Below are positions 26,299 to 38,052 of a DNA stretch of 64,000 nt, one piece after another; the first letter of the stretch is position 1; every line of letters begins with the position of its first letter. The DNA lies in NCBI GenBank assembly GCA_010015805.1, contig ML978133.1, positions 682,001 to 746,000 of the forward strand, in the 5' to 3' direction. The position numbers were made by a program, and so were the translations under genes. A model generated the notes under the pieces. It had not been told where the DNA came from, made no database searches, and saw nothing but the letters and a program-made list of their open reading frames with translations. The stretch comes from Rhizodiscina lignyota (taxonomy: Eukaryota).

Positions 26299-27201
26299 AT
26301 CTTCATGGTGCAATTGACTCGGCATACAGGCTGCACACGGTGGATAATGATAGCAATGCTGAAACTTGAACGATAATTGTGGGTATCGTCTAACAAGACA
26401 AGAAGTGCGAAGGTGGCCACCGCTCGATCGACAGGTCATGTACAGTGTGCGCCTGGTCCGCCTGCAAGGCGGGCAGAGCCACCTCCATGTTTCCAATGTT
26501 TCCAACCAATGCCATTCTCGAATCGCCAGCGAGCCAACGTCGCCGATTATGCACGGGCAGCCGACAATAGGGCCAACGGCTGTCCCCCGGTACGTAAATG
26601 TATCCGAAATCTCAGGTCGCGCAGTTTAAAAGCGGCGAGATGCTTCAATCGACCCATTTTGGGCGCGAAGGATTCCACCTTCGGTGTGGTTGCAGACGAG
26701 CGCGCAAATGGTACACACCACCCCGGAAGCCACCAATACGTCACTTTTGCCGGAAATATCTGGGCCTGATGGAGTTTGAGAGCATTTTAGAATAAACGAG
26801 ATTAGCTCTCGGGCGCAAGCGAGAGTCTTGCTGGATGCCTAAATGGATATATTTGAAATTCTGCTCGGCGATGCTCGAAGTTCGATGAACAAAATCAATG
26901 TTGGTATCTTACAACAGAATATGCATCCTACCAACTCAGTTACCACAGCGCAACTATTTCGTCACGTTTGATCGTCCTCTGTCATTGCATCTCGCGCTTG
27001 ATGTCACCTGAGTGGTCAATTGCTGTAGCCCTACGAGGAAAATATGCGACGCGTTCCAACGGAGACTTTTTTTTTCAGCCCAGAAAATGTTCCCACAGAA
27101 CCCGAACTCATAAGACCGGAACAACTCCACTTCCCTTCCCGCACGCGCTTACCGCGTAGGTAGCGCCGTGCCCAGAGAAAAGTAACGGATCGCGACGTCG
27201 T

Positions 27202-28446
27202 CTAGTACTTCTGTCTACCTATTGTGGGCTTCCAATCGAGCGGGTGGGTGTCTGGGGTAGCTTCGTCGTCTGGTTTCCACACCTGTATGGCCTTGTCCGC
27301 TCCGCCTACTAAAAGCCTAAGGCCCGTTTTGTCAAACGTCGATACCAACGAGCCGTTTTCTGCCTCGAGACTTCCGGGTTGCGCGATGGTATCTTGCATC
27401 TGAAACCTGTGGCCCGTCTTCCAGTCCCAGAATGCCACGGTGCCGTTGTCGCCCCCACTAAACATGACGTTGTCCTCGTTGACGGCGATGGTGTTGATGA
27501 CGGTGTTTTGTCCTTCGAAATTTTGCATGAATGCTCCCTCGGGGCATTTCCACTGCTTAATGACTCCGGTGGAAGCACTAGCGAAAGTGAACTCGGTAGG
27601 GTGGACCGCTAAGGACCGCACGCCGCGCTTGTGGTGCGTCAATGTGACCATGGACTTGCCTGCTGCCAGATCCCAGAGGCGCACGGTATGGTCAAGGGAC
27701 GCGGAAATAACTTGTGGATCTGCTTCCTGGCACTTTACATCCGTCACTGTTTGCTTGTGACCGCTCAAGACGTGAATGTTGCTCCTTGTCCGCATATCCC
27801 AGACTCTTGCTACACCATCACGACCACCCGTCACCAGCACATCGAGCGTCGGATGCAGACTGAGGGTGTAGACACCTGACAGATGGCCGTGGTAATGCCG
27901 TATGACCTTGTTCGTCTCCAAATCCCAGCACTTGACCATCTTATCCTCGCCACACGAGAACAAGTACGGATGTCGTGGCGAAACCGCCAGTCCTCTCACT
28001 GTGGAAATGTGACCGGTCATTGTGACCTTTAAAGCGCCCGATGCGAGATCCCAGATCTTGATTGTCCTGTCGCCCGCACCAGAAGCGAACCATTGATTGT
28101 TCGGTTCCACTGCCAATGCGCGCACCCATCCCAGATGCCCCGATAGCACTCTGAACAACTTCCACGGCGCATGCCACTCTGGCTTCGGTTGCCGTATCGA
28201 CATTTCGTGCTTTCGCAACGTGAGCGCAGTCGATTGCGATGTGGACGAGGTGGATGGGGTTGCGCCGTTTGGAGCTTTTGGGCCTTGGTCTGTCTTGGGC
28301 TTCTTCCGCTTCGCGAGCGCAGTACTTTGTGATTGCTGCATCCGCTTGCCCAGTGCTGGTGGGAGTTCTATGACATCTTGGTATTCGTTTCGTAGGCGAA
28401 CGGAGCGAGATATGTCGTCGGGTTCGGAGAGAGCGATGGGCGCCAT
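27202..28446 (-). CDS. PRP46: Pre-mRNA splicing factor Prp46/PLRG1 (WD40)
   Basis: [24 protein letters not shown] repeats, QPGSLEAE, C-terminal [14 protein letters not shown]; uninterrupted 414-aa ORF. Confidence 0.96.
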   Translation of the reverse strand: MAPIALSEPDDISRSVRLRNEYQDVIELPPALGKRMQQSQSTALAKRKKPKTDQGPKAPNGATPSTSSTSQSTALTLRKHEMSIRQPKPEWHAPWKLFRVLSGHLGWVRALAVEPNNQWFASGAGDRTIKIWDLASGALKVTMTGHISTVRGLAVSPRHPYLFSCGEDKMVKCWDLETNKVIRHYHGHLSGVYTLSLHPTLDVLVTGGRDGVARVWDMRTRSNIHVLSGHKQTVTDVKCQEADPQVISASLDHTVRLWDLAAGKSMVTLTHHKRGVRSLAVHPTEFTFASASTGVIKQWKCPEGAFMQNFEGQNTVINTIAVNEDNVMFSGGDNGTVAFWDWKTGHRFQMQDTIAQPGSLEAENGSLVSTFDKTGLRLLVGGADKAIQVWKPDDEATPDTHPLDWKPTIGRQKY

Positions 28447-29920
28447 CTTTGCTCTAGTGGCGCGGTTGCGCGCCAGACAGTCTCTTTTATATCTCAGCTG
28501 AAAAGAGGATCGGCACCAACTGAATGCGCGTATTGGCGGGCAGTATGCTTAATTGTAGCAAATCCAAGCTCGTCCTCGGTACTCTCAAGAGGCAACTGAT
28601 GTTGGGGAGGTGTCGAAGGTGCGAAAAAGGCGCGGGCTTGGTCGACTGAAACACTTGAAATAGGAGCTCGATGCGCCTTGGTGGATGTATATCTCGTGTT
28701 ACGCGTGAAGTTGGAGGTTGTTCATATATGTAGATCTGAAGGCGCTGAAGCTTCTCTTGAAATCGCAACCGTTCGAAATATTTTGCCGAATATTAGCCGC
28801 CGCGCGCACGCGTTCAGCCTCAACTCGGCACGCGACGAAGGTTGTAATGGACTTTCACCCACACTCTTTATTCACAATTTAAGCCTCAAAGACACTTCGA
28901 CCTCGAGCAGACGCAGCGACGGAGAGTGACGAAGAGTAACGAAGAGTAACTCGAAGTTTGAAAGCACCTCTTGACGACGCCACTCATGGCAGCGAAGACA
29001 GTTCTAAATCTTCGCTTAGTTGGCTGTTTCATTGATGTCGCAATGTCTAAAGAAAATGTGCCTCTTCTTAAGCTGTCGTCGAGCTTTGGATGTACTCGAG
29101 GTTGGAGCAAGTTCTGTCTCTACGCTAACCGATCATAATCATCGATGCGCTCAAAGCTGGAGTCTGCTCATATACCACTCACCAACTTGTAAAGTTTGCA
29201 ACCTAGCGTCGCTTGCCTTCTTCTATGGACGCCGCAATTTGGCCCTGAAGCACAGGGCTATGGCCGCTTAGCCTGTTCGACAGACATCGCACGGGCTGTA
29301 AAGGCATGTTATCGTGAAAGTTTCATCCAGTTCGACCAAGTGCGTACCGTTTGTGGAAACTCTCTCTTTTCTTTTATTCCACTTCCTCAACTGGATTCGC
29401 TGTATATGCGGTGGCGTTTCATCTGGTGCTTCGAACATTCGTCGACTCAAGTCGTCAGATACCCCAAGCGTGGCTGTTAATATGGTTCCATTCCACTCCG
29501 CCGGGGTCCAAGCCTGAAGACATCGCAGAAGCCACCGACTTTCGCTCCTTCGCTTAGATTCACTCGTTTACTCTCACTTTCGCGCTTCATTGACTGTATG
29601 GAGACTAGCAATTGGTTTCGGTTAATACGCGCAAGTGGTAGAACGGTCACAATTCTCTTTAAATAGAGTCAAGATTGATTTGAGAGCTAGCTAAATCGCT
29701 AATTGAAAAGCAGCGCCAAATAGGAGATGTGTCATATCGTAAATGTTCCATATATTCCTTAGAGTGGCCGTCGAACCAAACAAGATCGTCTCCCTCTGCC
29801 TTCGTCCGATAGTAACCCCAGCAATAGAGCAACCAACACCTTGAGAGATACCCACAATCTGTTTCCAAACCCACGCCGACAAGGATGAACCAGGATAATT
29901 CTGTCAAACCATAACTCCTA

Positions 29921-30460
29921 TCATGCCACGGCAACCTTCTTGATATTCCGCTCTTCTGACTCCTCACCATCATCCTCGGCTTTTCTCTTCACTCCCGCAT
30001 TGGCTTGCGCTTCTGCGGTCGACGTCGCACCAGCCATCGAGGCTGCCTTTGCTGCTGCTGCAGCGACAGCTTGTCGGCGTCGGATTGCTAAAGCAGTAGG
30101 GAGCGACCCCACGATATTTCTGTCACCGACGATCGTGATTCCGCAGTTCAGCTCGACGTTGATGTTTCTCGGCGTATTGTTCTCGGTAGGTGCCTGTGCT
30201 CTCGCTTGCACTAGTGCAGCAGAGAACATCGCGATGAGGCGTGTGCTGTCGACCAATGAGACGACATTGTTCGAGCCTTGAATTGTTGTTGTGGCGTCGA
30301 TGCGAAACGTTGTTGTTGGTGTGTCCATGTCTGGATCCTCTGATAAGTCGGAGCCTGAGAATGGGGAACTAAAACGAGTGTATGCGGGTGGAGGAGTTGG
30401 CAACGAGGTGATGGGAGTGGGGAGTTCTTGTGTTTGAGCAGAGTTGAGGGTAGAGTCCAT
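29921..30460 (-). CDS. Uncharacterised small protein (about 179 aa from Met at 30460)
   Basis: Protein-like ORF: PPPAY, IDATTTIQGSNNVV, INVELNCGITIVGDRNIVG, Ala run, basic C-terminus (KRKAE..KK, NLS-like). It is preceded by a pyrimidine-rich leader. Confidence 0.65.
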   Translation of the reverse strand: MDSTLNSAQTQELPTPITSLPTPPPAYTRFSSPFSGSDLSEDPDMDTPTTTFRIDATTTIQGSNNVVSLVDSTRLIAMFSAALVQARAQAPTENNTPRNINVELNCGITIVGDRNIVGSLPTALAIRRRQAVAAAAAKAASMAGATSTAEAQANAGVKRKAEDDGEESEERNIKKVAVA

Positions 30461-30810
30461 TTCGTCGTTAATGTGAGGTGCGACTTGTGTGTCTGAAGAC
30501 AGAATGGGGAGGTCCTGGTGTGATGGGTGAATATTTGTAAATAAGGTAAAATGATAATGTCGAGATTGCAAATAGATTTGGAGATATTGTGAGGCGCGAA
30601 CAATTTGTTTGCCAGCAGGGTCGAAGAGGAGCCTTCGAATATTAGACTGATCGTTGATGAAGAGTGGTGAGAGAAAATGGAGCAGGAGATGGAGATAGAT
30701 ATACTTCTTCCTTGAATAGGACACGCAGGCGGCGAAGAGTGGTGAAGTTGTACGAACTCATCTGTCAATAGCAAGCCTTGACAGGGGGCGGGGGAAATCG
30801 CACCATCTTG

Positions 30811-31483
30811 CTATTGTCGACTGCAGGCCTTACGCGGCTAATACAGCGGGCCGTCTTTATTCCTATTGTCAAAGAGCACGGGGACGTTAGTTTCCTATTG
30901 ATTGATGCACCTTTTCCTATTCATGCACGTCGCATTCCCAGCCCAGCCTCCGTGTTTTCCCACCCACCAATGACTCGCACGACTAGGCATCCACTGGAAT
31001 CGTAGTACATGCTTAGCCAGAAATTGGCCCTGTAATCGTGGCTCGATTACAGAGTGGCCCGCTCTGAATCGTTGCACAGGGCGACGTCGTTGCTATTGTT
31101 GTGAAGTTGGATCCTATTGTCGTACCGAAAGGGAATAGCGTGTTTCGCGTGACAATAGGAAGGGCTGCCCAACCACAAGCCACCCATTTTTCATCATATG
31201 CCCGCTCGGTGGCTCCTCTGTCCAAAGCAACTAGCAACAAAAGTTTTTCGCTAATCTCCCCAAGTTTGCGAAGCCTTCTCTCCCGTTTGAATTGCGCTGT
31301 ACACTCGCGGCAGAAGCCCCTTCAATCCCGACTGTCGTGTTGAACAACTTCTGGAACAATGTACACAACTTCTCATTTGAGATTCATTCCACCCAGCATG
31401 TGCATAATATATCATCTCATGAAGTGACTCCGCGATCTACCGACTAATTTGAGCTGATGGCGTACGCTGTCATTCCCTATTGT
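30811..31483. promoter_or_regulatory. Cluster of CTATTGT/ACAATAG (HMG-box-like) sites
   Basis: Exact copies at 30811, 30863, 31093, 31114, 31152 (reverse) and 31477, plus a CTATTG variant at 30895. Confidence 0.55.
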
Positions 31484-32053
31484 CGTTGAGACTTTTACCC
31501 TTTCACATCCTTGCCCGTCGTTTCAGTCCTCTCACGTTCTCCAATCGCGTCCATATCAGCGTTTTTGTCACCTACAGCTACCTGCAGTCCTCTGATATGG
31601 CAAAAAGGCATTATGTTTTCAGTCACGAGCCAGATGGCTTCAGAGTGGCGAAATTGCATTAGACTCGTTTCGTTTTCAACTTCGAGTGTTTCTGAAACGA
31701 CACCCAGCATTTTGGGCTACGGCAACCAAAGACCTCCGGATCTCCCCATTGCCCGAATAGGGTCGAGCTGTTAGAATTTTTGTCTGTTCAACGAACAATT
31801 CAGGTTATGACTAATGGTGTACAGTGGAAACTATGCTACAACTGCAATCAAAATGCAAACAACAGAGTGCAAATTTGACTTCCTGCTAAGTCGCGCAGAG
31901 ACAGTGTCCGGCCGGGTTCTTTTCCACCGAATATCATATCAAGCGCTGAATATACACCCTTCACATGCCGAGGGAGCCTGTCCGCGAGACATCAAAAGGT
32001 TCATAGTTGATATCCATGTAGTAGGATGGTCGTCACCGGAAAACCAGACGTGC

Positions 32054-32747
32054 TTACAAGGCAGCCACGAGAGCAGCGATGCCTAGGCCGAACGCTGCGC
32101 CGTTGGCAACGTTATGGTCTGCAGCGCCAGTGAACTGAGCCGGTGACGAACTGCCCGCCGCTGCCACCGACGATCCCTCTCCAGCTGCGGTAGTAGCGGC
32201 TGCGGAAGATCCTGTGGAACCGGCACCAGAAACAGAAAAAGTAAGAGGAGAAGAGACGCCACCGGTACTGGTTGGAGCTACCGATGCAGCAGCAGAAGAA
32301 GTCTTCACGCCAGCACCGCTACTACTGGTCGCAGATTCGCTAGCGTCGAGGGAGACCGTGATGGGAACGCCGGCAGAGTTGCATTGTGAGGAGACGACTT
32401 GGATAACGGCTACGATGGATTCATTAGCCCCGTGGCCAAATCCATGGCAAGAAGAACGTTGACTTACACTGTTGGTCTGCCTCACTCGGACAATTTTTCT
32501 TGACGCATGGGACGATCTGAGCAGAGAGGCCGGGCTTGCTGCAGTGGCATTTGAAATCGGTCAGGCCAGAGCAGCCATCGCCAGTAAGAGCAGTAACAAA
32601 GCAATTGAGCTAATGAAGAAAATGTCTTCTCAGTCTTTGCGCTGACGCTCTGCAGTAGAGCAGTATACTCACCGAGCAAGATGGAACAGCAGGAAGCTGA
32701 GCGTAGGCCACAGCGGCAAAAGAAAGTGCAATCGTGAGATACTTCAT
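32054..32747 (-). CDS. Secreted GPI-anchored CFEM-domain protein (3 exons)
   Basis: Signal peptide MKYLTIALSFAAVAYAQ; Cys pattern PSCS|LNCF..GCSGLTDFKCHCSK..IVPCVKKNC..C; Ser/Thr/Ala-rich stalk; FTGAA plus hydrophobic GPI tail. Confidence 0.88.
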
Positions 32748-34185
32748 TCTTCGATATTTGTGCTTTGATTAACGAGTGAAAGCCAAGCTTCAGATTGTGG
32801 GTCGAATATTTACAGAACGACGCTGTGGAAATAGAGATTTGCAGTATGCGAACGTACCTGCATTCATATAGCCCTTATATGTTCAAACCTTTCACACATT
32901 CGAAACGGAAATCGCTCAGGGATCCAATGCGGTGGTCGGCTTCACATGTTACGGTTTGCCTACCGTGCATCGAAGTTTCGACGCGGTGACGCCAATTGTT
33001 CATTCTCAGCGAAGCAATGGACGACTCGGAGCAGAGCTACCGCGGCATAGAGGCCTGGCCGCTCCCCGCTCCATTCACTCGGACCAACGTGAAAAGGGAA
33101 GTGGTCGCCGTAAATGAGAAAGGCACTGGTTGCGTTTGACTGCATGCGCCAGGACCGCTCTGCGTACAGAAGATTTAGTCATTAGACTATTGTTCGGCAA
33201 TTATGCTGTGCTATTGGGCACTATGCTTGCAAGTGGCACAAGTTGTGACAGAAGGAAAATGGACGTGATGCGCCTCGGAACGTGCCAGGTCGACCCCGGA
33301 TGCAGTTGATACACTCGAGGCCGATGATGCACTGCGATTGGCTGGGAGCTGTGGTGATGGTGTTTGAGATGCGACCCTTGCCTACCAATTTCGACTTAGA
33401 GCGAGGCACCATCGACGGGAGTCTGGGGAAAGTCGATACGCTAATTCGCCGCCCCTCGCGCTATTATCATTGCAGGCAGTCCTTCACGTGCTTTTTTGTG
33501 AAAAAAACATCGAGTTGCGTGATTGAACTTCTCGCACGCCCTGCGCCAATGACGGTTGCCCGCTGGTGTAGGAACTGATCTGGAAGGTGATAAGAAAAGT
33601 TGCCCACAGCTTTCAGGACACTGTGCAACTATGATGCAAAGCTTCGATAACTAATAAAATATACGAGCTTTTCAATAGTTTGTGTAATGTATAAATTCCG
33701 ATGAATATAGAACTAAGCTTTCAGATATAGTCGTGCCTACATTAGTACCTTAAAGTGCAGCTGCTCGAACTTGGGCGTTACAACTTGCCCGGAGGTCAGC
33801 TATTTTGTCAAATTCGTGCTCATCAAGCTGCTTTCGAACGATACAACAGACTTCTAACTAATGACTAGCTAGCTCCGGATATTTTTTTTTGTCGAGGCAG
33901 ATTCCGACCGAGACGAAAGCAGCTCGAATAGACCGCTGTTCGGAGAGACTCGACGCTGAACTTGATGTATTTTCTGTCAATAAACCACCTAATCGCTACT
34001 TATTCTACGTATATTTCAGTCCATCGTCAGGACAGCCGGGCAGAGGGCTCGCCGCGGTGAATTCATTCTATCTGCTATTGGAGGAAGTCACATTGATGTC
34101 GCGAGATTGAAACAGCACCAGAAGAGACAAAGAAAAACTCAGACGTGAGCAACTACATCTATGCTGCTGCTAGAGCTAAGATTAA

Positions 34186-37100
34186 CTATTCAACTCCAGG
34201 CGCACTCATTACGCCCCTCCCAAACCATTCACTGATTGTTCCAAACTTGTCTCTACTCCTTCCCAAAGCGTCCATGAACAGATCATGTCGATCCGCGCTC
34301 TCGTCCTGGGCCTTCCTGATCGCCTTGACGGTGGCGTTCTGCGGCGCACAAACTGGACACTCGACCGCACCATCACCCTCCCGTGTAATGTCCTCGCCAT
34401 TGCTCGCATTGAGACACCGCTGATGGAACGAGTGTTTGCACATGAAATGCACCGTCGGCAGGTCAAGGCTTTGGCCACACGCCGAGCATCGCGTGGCTTG
34501 AAAGACCGCCGGCTTGGTAATGAGGGTAGAGATCTCGGTGCGCTTGGCGTCCGTGTCGGTCCGGAAGGTTTGGATAAGGCGTCGATTGCTTGAGATCTCT
34601 TGTCTCTCGCGCTCGATGGAATTGCTCAGGTAGGACTTAATCAAGCCCATTGTCGCCACGCCGTTCGTACTCAAGGTTTGAATTACTTGGAGCGGCGCCA
34701 TGAGTCCATCCGCGTCAATTTTCTTCAAAACAGCATCGAGCTCGTCGCCTGCTTCTTCGAGAATCGCGGGGCTGGAAGTGAAGTAGGCCAGTGCTGCTGG
34801 ATACAACTGCGGTTCTTCAGGACCGTATTTTCGGAGTGCTTTGATGGCCCCTGCTGTATCCTTGGCTGCGGTGTACGACCTGAAGATATCAAATCGCAGT
34901 CCCTGTTGCTCGCGAACGAGCGTAGTCCCTGCCCGGAAGTTTTCAAGGGATGAAAGCAATAGCACATTTGACGTGTCTATCGGTATCTGCACAAAGGGAA
35001 TTAGCATTGCACGGTTGTCGGCAAAATGAGGACCCTCACCTTTTGACTACCAATCAGAGCTTTAGCCTTGTTCTCCCACTCTTCTCTGTCCTCGCCCTTC
35101 TTCTCGGTTGCTGTATGCAAATACATTTCAAAAAGAGTAGTGTACAGATCACGCTTGTCCTCTTCTTCAATGTCATCCGACTCGATGCAGGCTTCAAGGA
35201 ATTTGATGAAGTTCTCTGGGTGATCTACAAAGGCTGAGAATGCGGTTCTTGGTTTCGGTATCTCATATTCTGGGGGAGGCTCGTTGTTGGCAGTCTCAAT
35301 CACTTGGGCCTGGCTTAACGTCGTTTTCTGATCCCCTTCACTACCAGGCGTTACGACAGCGCTTGTGCTCATGTACGGCAGCGGAAGGAGGGCGGCAAGG
35401 TTTTGGACTGCCGTGGACGCTATGCCTCTTTCTTGCCCTTGCGTGTTCGGACTCTGGGTGATGACTATGGCATCCTTTTTAGGGCGATACTGTCCGGTGT
35501 AGTAATCGACGAATATTTGCGTAGTATCTGCTGAGCAATGCTCGAGCAATACCGTTGCGTATTTCATGAGATTGTGATATGCCTTTCCACGTTAGTTCTC
35601 ACTTGTGAGGATCGCAAATGTTTAGACTCACGTCGGATGGCCCTAACCGCCAAATGTACGCAAGTGCTTCGGCGTACTTCTTTGAGTCCTCAATCAAAAT
35701 GTCAACGACCAACTCATGCTCGTCGTGCTTCCTCGCGAGATATGCCGCCTGATCATAGTAGCTACCTTGACGGCACATTGATATTGCCGTATCAAGGTCA
35801 AATTTCAGGTCTCCAGGAGACTTGATGAATTCTTCAAGCTTTTGGACATCCTTCAGTTTTGCGTAGCAGTTGAGAAGTAGCGTGGTGTGATCTGATGTGG
35901 CTTTGTGATGATCGTGCAATTCTTCGAGGTAATCGATGAGATTGTGGATTCTTTGGGTGTCCAGGTACTTCCTTATTACTTGTGACGGTTCTGTATTATC
36001 GATTGCCCTCAAATACATCTGCATCGCAGTATCGTAGTCTTGCTTCTGGTACAGAAAATCGCCATATTTGCGATATATGACGTTCTGCTGGGCAATGTTC
36101 AATCCGCTCTTCTTCGCAATATCGATAGCAAGGATGTAGAGGTTTCTTTGGTACAGAGCCTCTAGCTTTTGATGCATAGTCTTCTCTCTGTACCGAAAGA
36201 GTTTGCCGTCGGTTGTCAACAGGAAGAGATCACCCCACTCTTGGAAGACCGCTTGAACGGGTGAGGACAAGGCCTCTTGATGAGCAATGTACTTTGGATC
36301 CGTACTCAGAAGCGTGAAATTAGATGTGCTGAATAGGTCATCGGCTTGGCCGTTGCCAAACGTGCGCATAGTACTGCCTCGACCGATCGCATTAGATTGC
36401 GGAGGCGACGCCACCGCGAGGTAGTTCTTGAATGTGGTGATTAACTTCTTTGGGATCTCATACGGAAAGACTGAGCGACCACCTCGAGAACCATAGTAGT
36501 AAACGGCATCATCTCGAGCAACGACGATGTCGGATGTACTCTTTTCTACGGTCATGCAGTGTACTGCACAACCTGTCTCTTCTATTGGTCTCGGGGGTTG
36601 TCCTTGTCCACGGCCGGAGATGACTAGGGTGAGAATCCGGCCTGTCGTTGCTATGTAGAGTGTCGTCTGATTTCCCTCGCTGAATTCTATGCCAGTGATT
36701 GGTTCTTCAGACTCAAAGACTGTTCGTTGTTTCGTCCCTCGGTCATGGATGAGATCGCCCCTGATGACTTTTACAGCGCCGTTCCCAAAACCCAGTGCAA
36801 TTTGAGATAAGCTATCAAGCGCGGCAAATGCTGTGATTGGAAACTGTTTCTTTCCCGTCTGGACGACTACGGAGCTTAGGCACTGCGGCATGCCGCTTTT
36901 CTTGTCGACCTTATCGAGCGCCCATACTCTGAGGACTGGCTCATTGGAGAGATCTTCTGCAACAGTCACAAGCATAGAGGTCCCTTGGACTTGCTTCATA
37001 TGCGCAATAGACGCGCCCTCATGAGCCTGGAATGATCGAACGACCTTGAATGCATTCGATAGGATCCGTACCACTCCTTCGGCGCTTCCAAGAAAGACAT

Positions 37101-37423
37101 TTTCAGAGCCCGATGCTACGCAGGTAATGCTTCCTTGCTAAAGGGGCATCAGATGAATTCAATATGATCCCTGAAGAGTCATACCTCAAATATCGATGAG
37201 CTCTCATCATCCGGAAGCTTGATCTGCGTAACATCGAAGAAGCGGAACGCTTTCCACTGCCTCACTGTTAGCGCTGGGTCTTTATTACCAACACTTCTGC
37301 GAAGCCATGGAGCTCTCAGAGAAGAACAGGTCGGGGAAATGGGTTTCTGCCATCGACCATGCAAAGTGCATGATGATAACAAGGACTGCAATGTCCATAT
37401 CTACTTACTGAGGTCAACGCCAT
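34186..37423 (-). CDS. VPS11: HOPS/CORVET subunit Vps11 (Pep5); first exon MALTS 37409-37423, several introns
   Basis: MALTS|WKAFRFFDV, IRGDLIHDRG, YGDFLY..EPSQVIRKYLDTQRI, DHTTLLLNCYAKLKD, C-terminal RING CSAC..LDLPTVHFMCKHSFHQRC..CPVC. Confidence 0.95.
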
Positions 37424-38052
37424 CTCACCTAGCCATCTCTCCTGGACACAACGCACAAAAGATAGATAATCTGACTTTCAAGAGTAAGTGCAGCTACACA
37501 TTTCACGACACCATGGCACAGGCGATGTTGTTCAAGGTGCTCGTCAAGGTCGTGCTAGCGCGGGAACACATTTTGGGACTAGCGTGAAGCTCCACGTGAC
37601 GTTAGGCAGCGGCTACACATAGGGCTTAGCGCGTAACAGCGCCTCGCGCCTTCGCCCCCTTCAACTACTTGTTCTTTCTTTCCCTTCCCCTTCCTTCCTT
37701 CCTCCTTCAACATCAACAAGAAACCACGCACCCGTCACAACAACTTCTTGTTCTCTTCGAACGAGCCTCCTTCATCTACTCTCTTGCGACTTCGCGCTCG
37801 ACTCAGTCGCACCGCCTCTCTAATTTCACTTTTGAGGCCCAACACTTCACGCGCGCAGCCTCGCCGTCCACTGCCGCCGTAACGCGAACACAACCTCAGT
37901 TTGCATAACGAAACTCAGCCATCATCCTCCAAGCGCTCTCTTTTGCTCCGAGCATTTGAATTTCGCGACTTCACGGTCCCAAATCTCATTACACGCACTG
38001 TACAATCGCCTCAGAGCCACATTCACTCTTCACCGTCACCTCAACTCACAAA

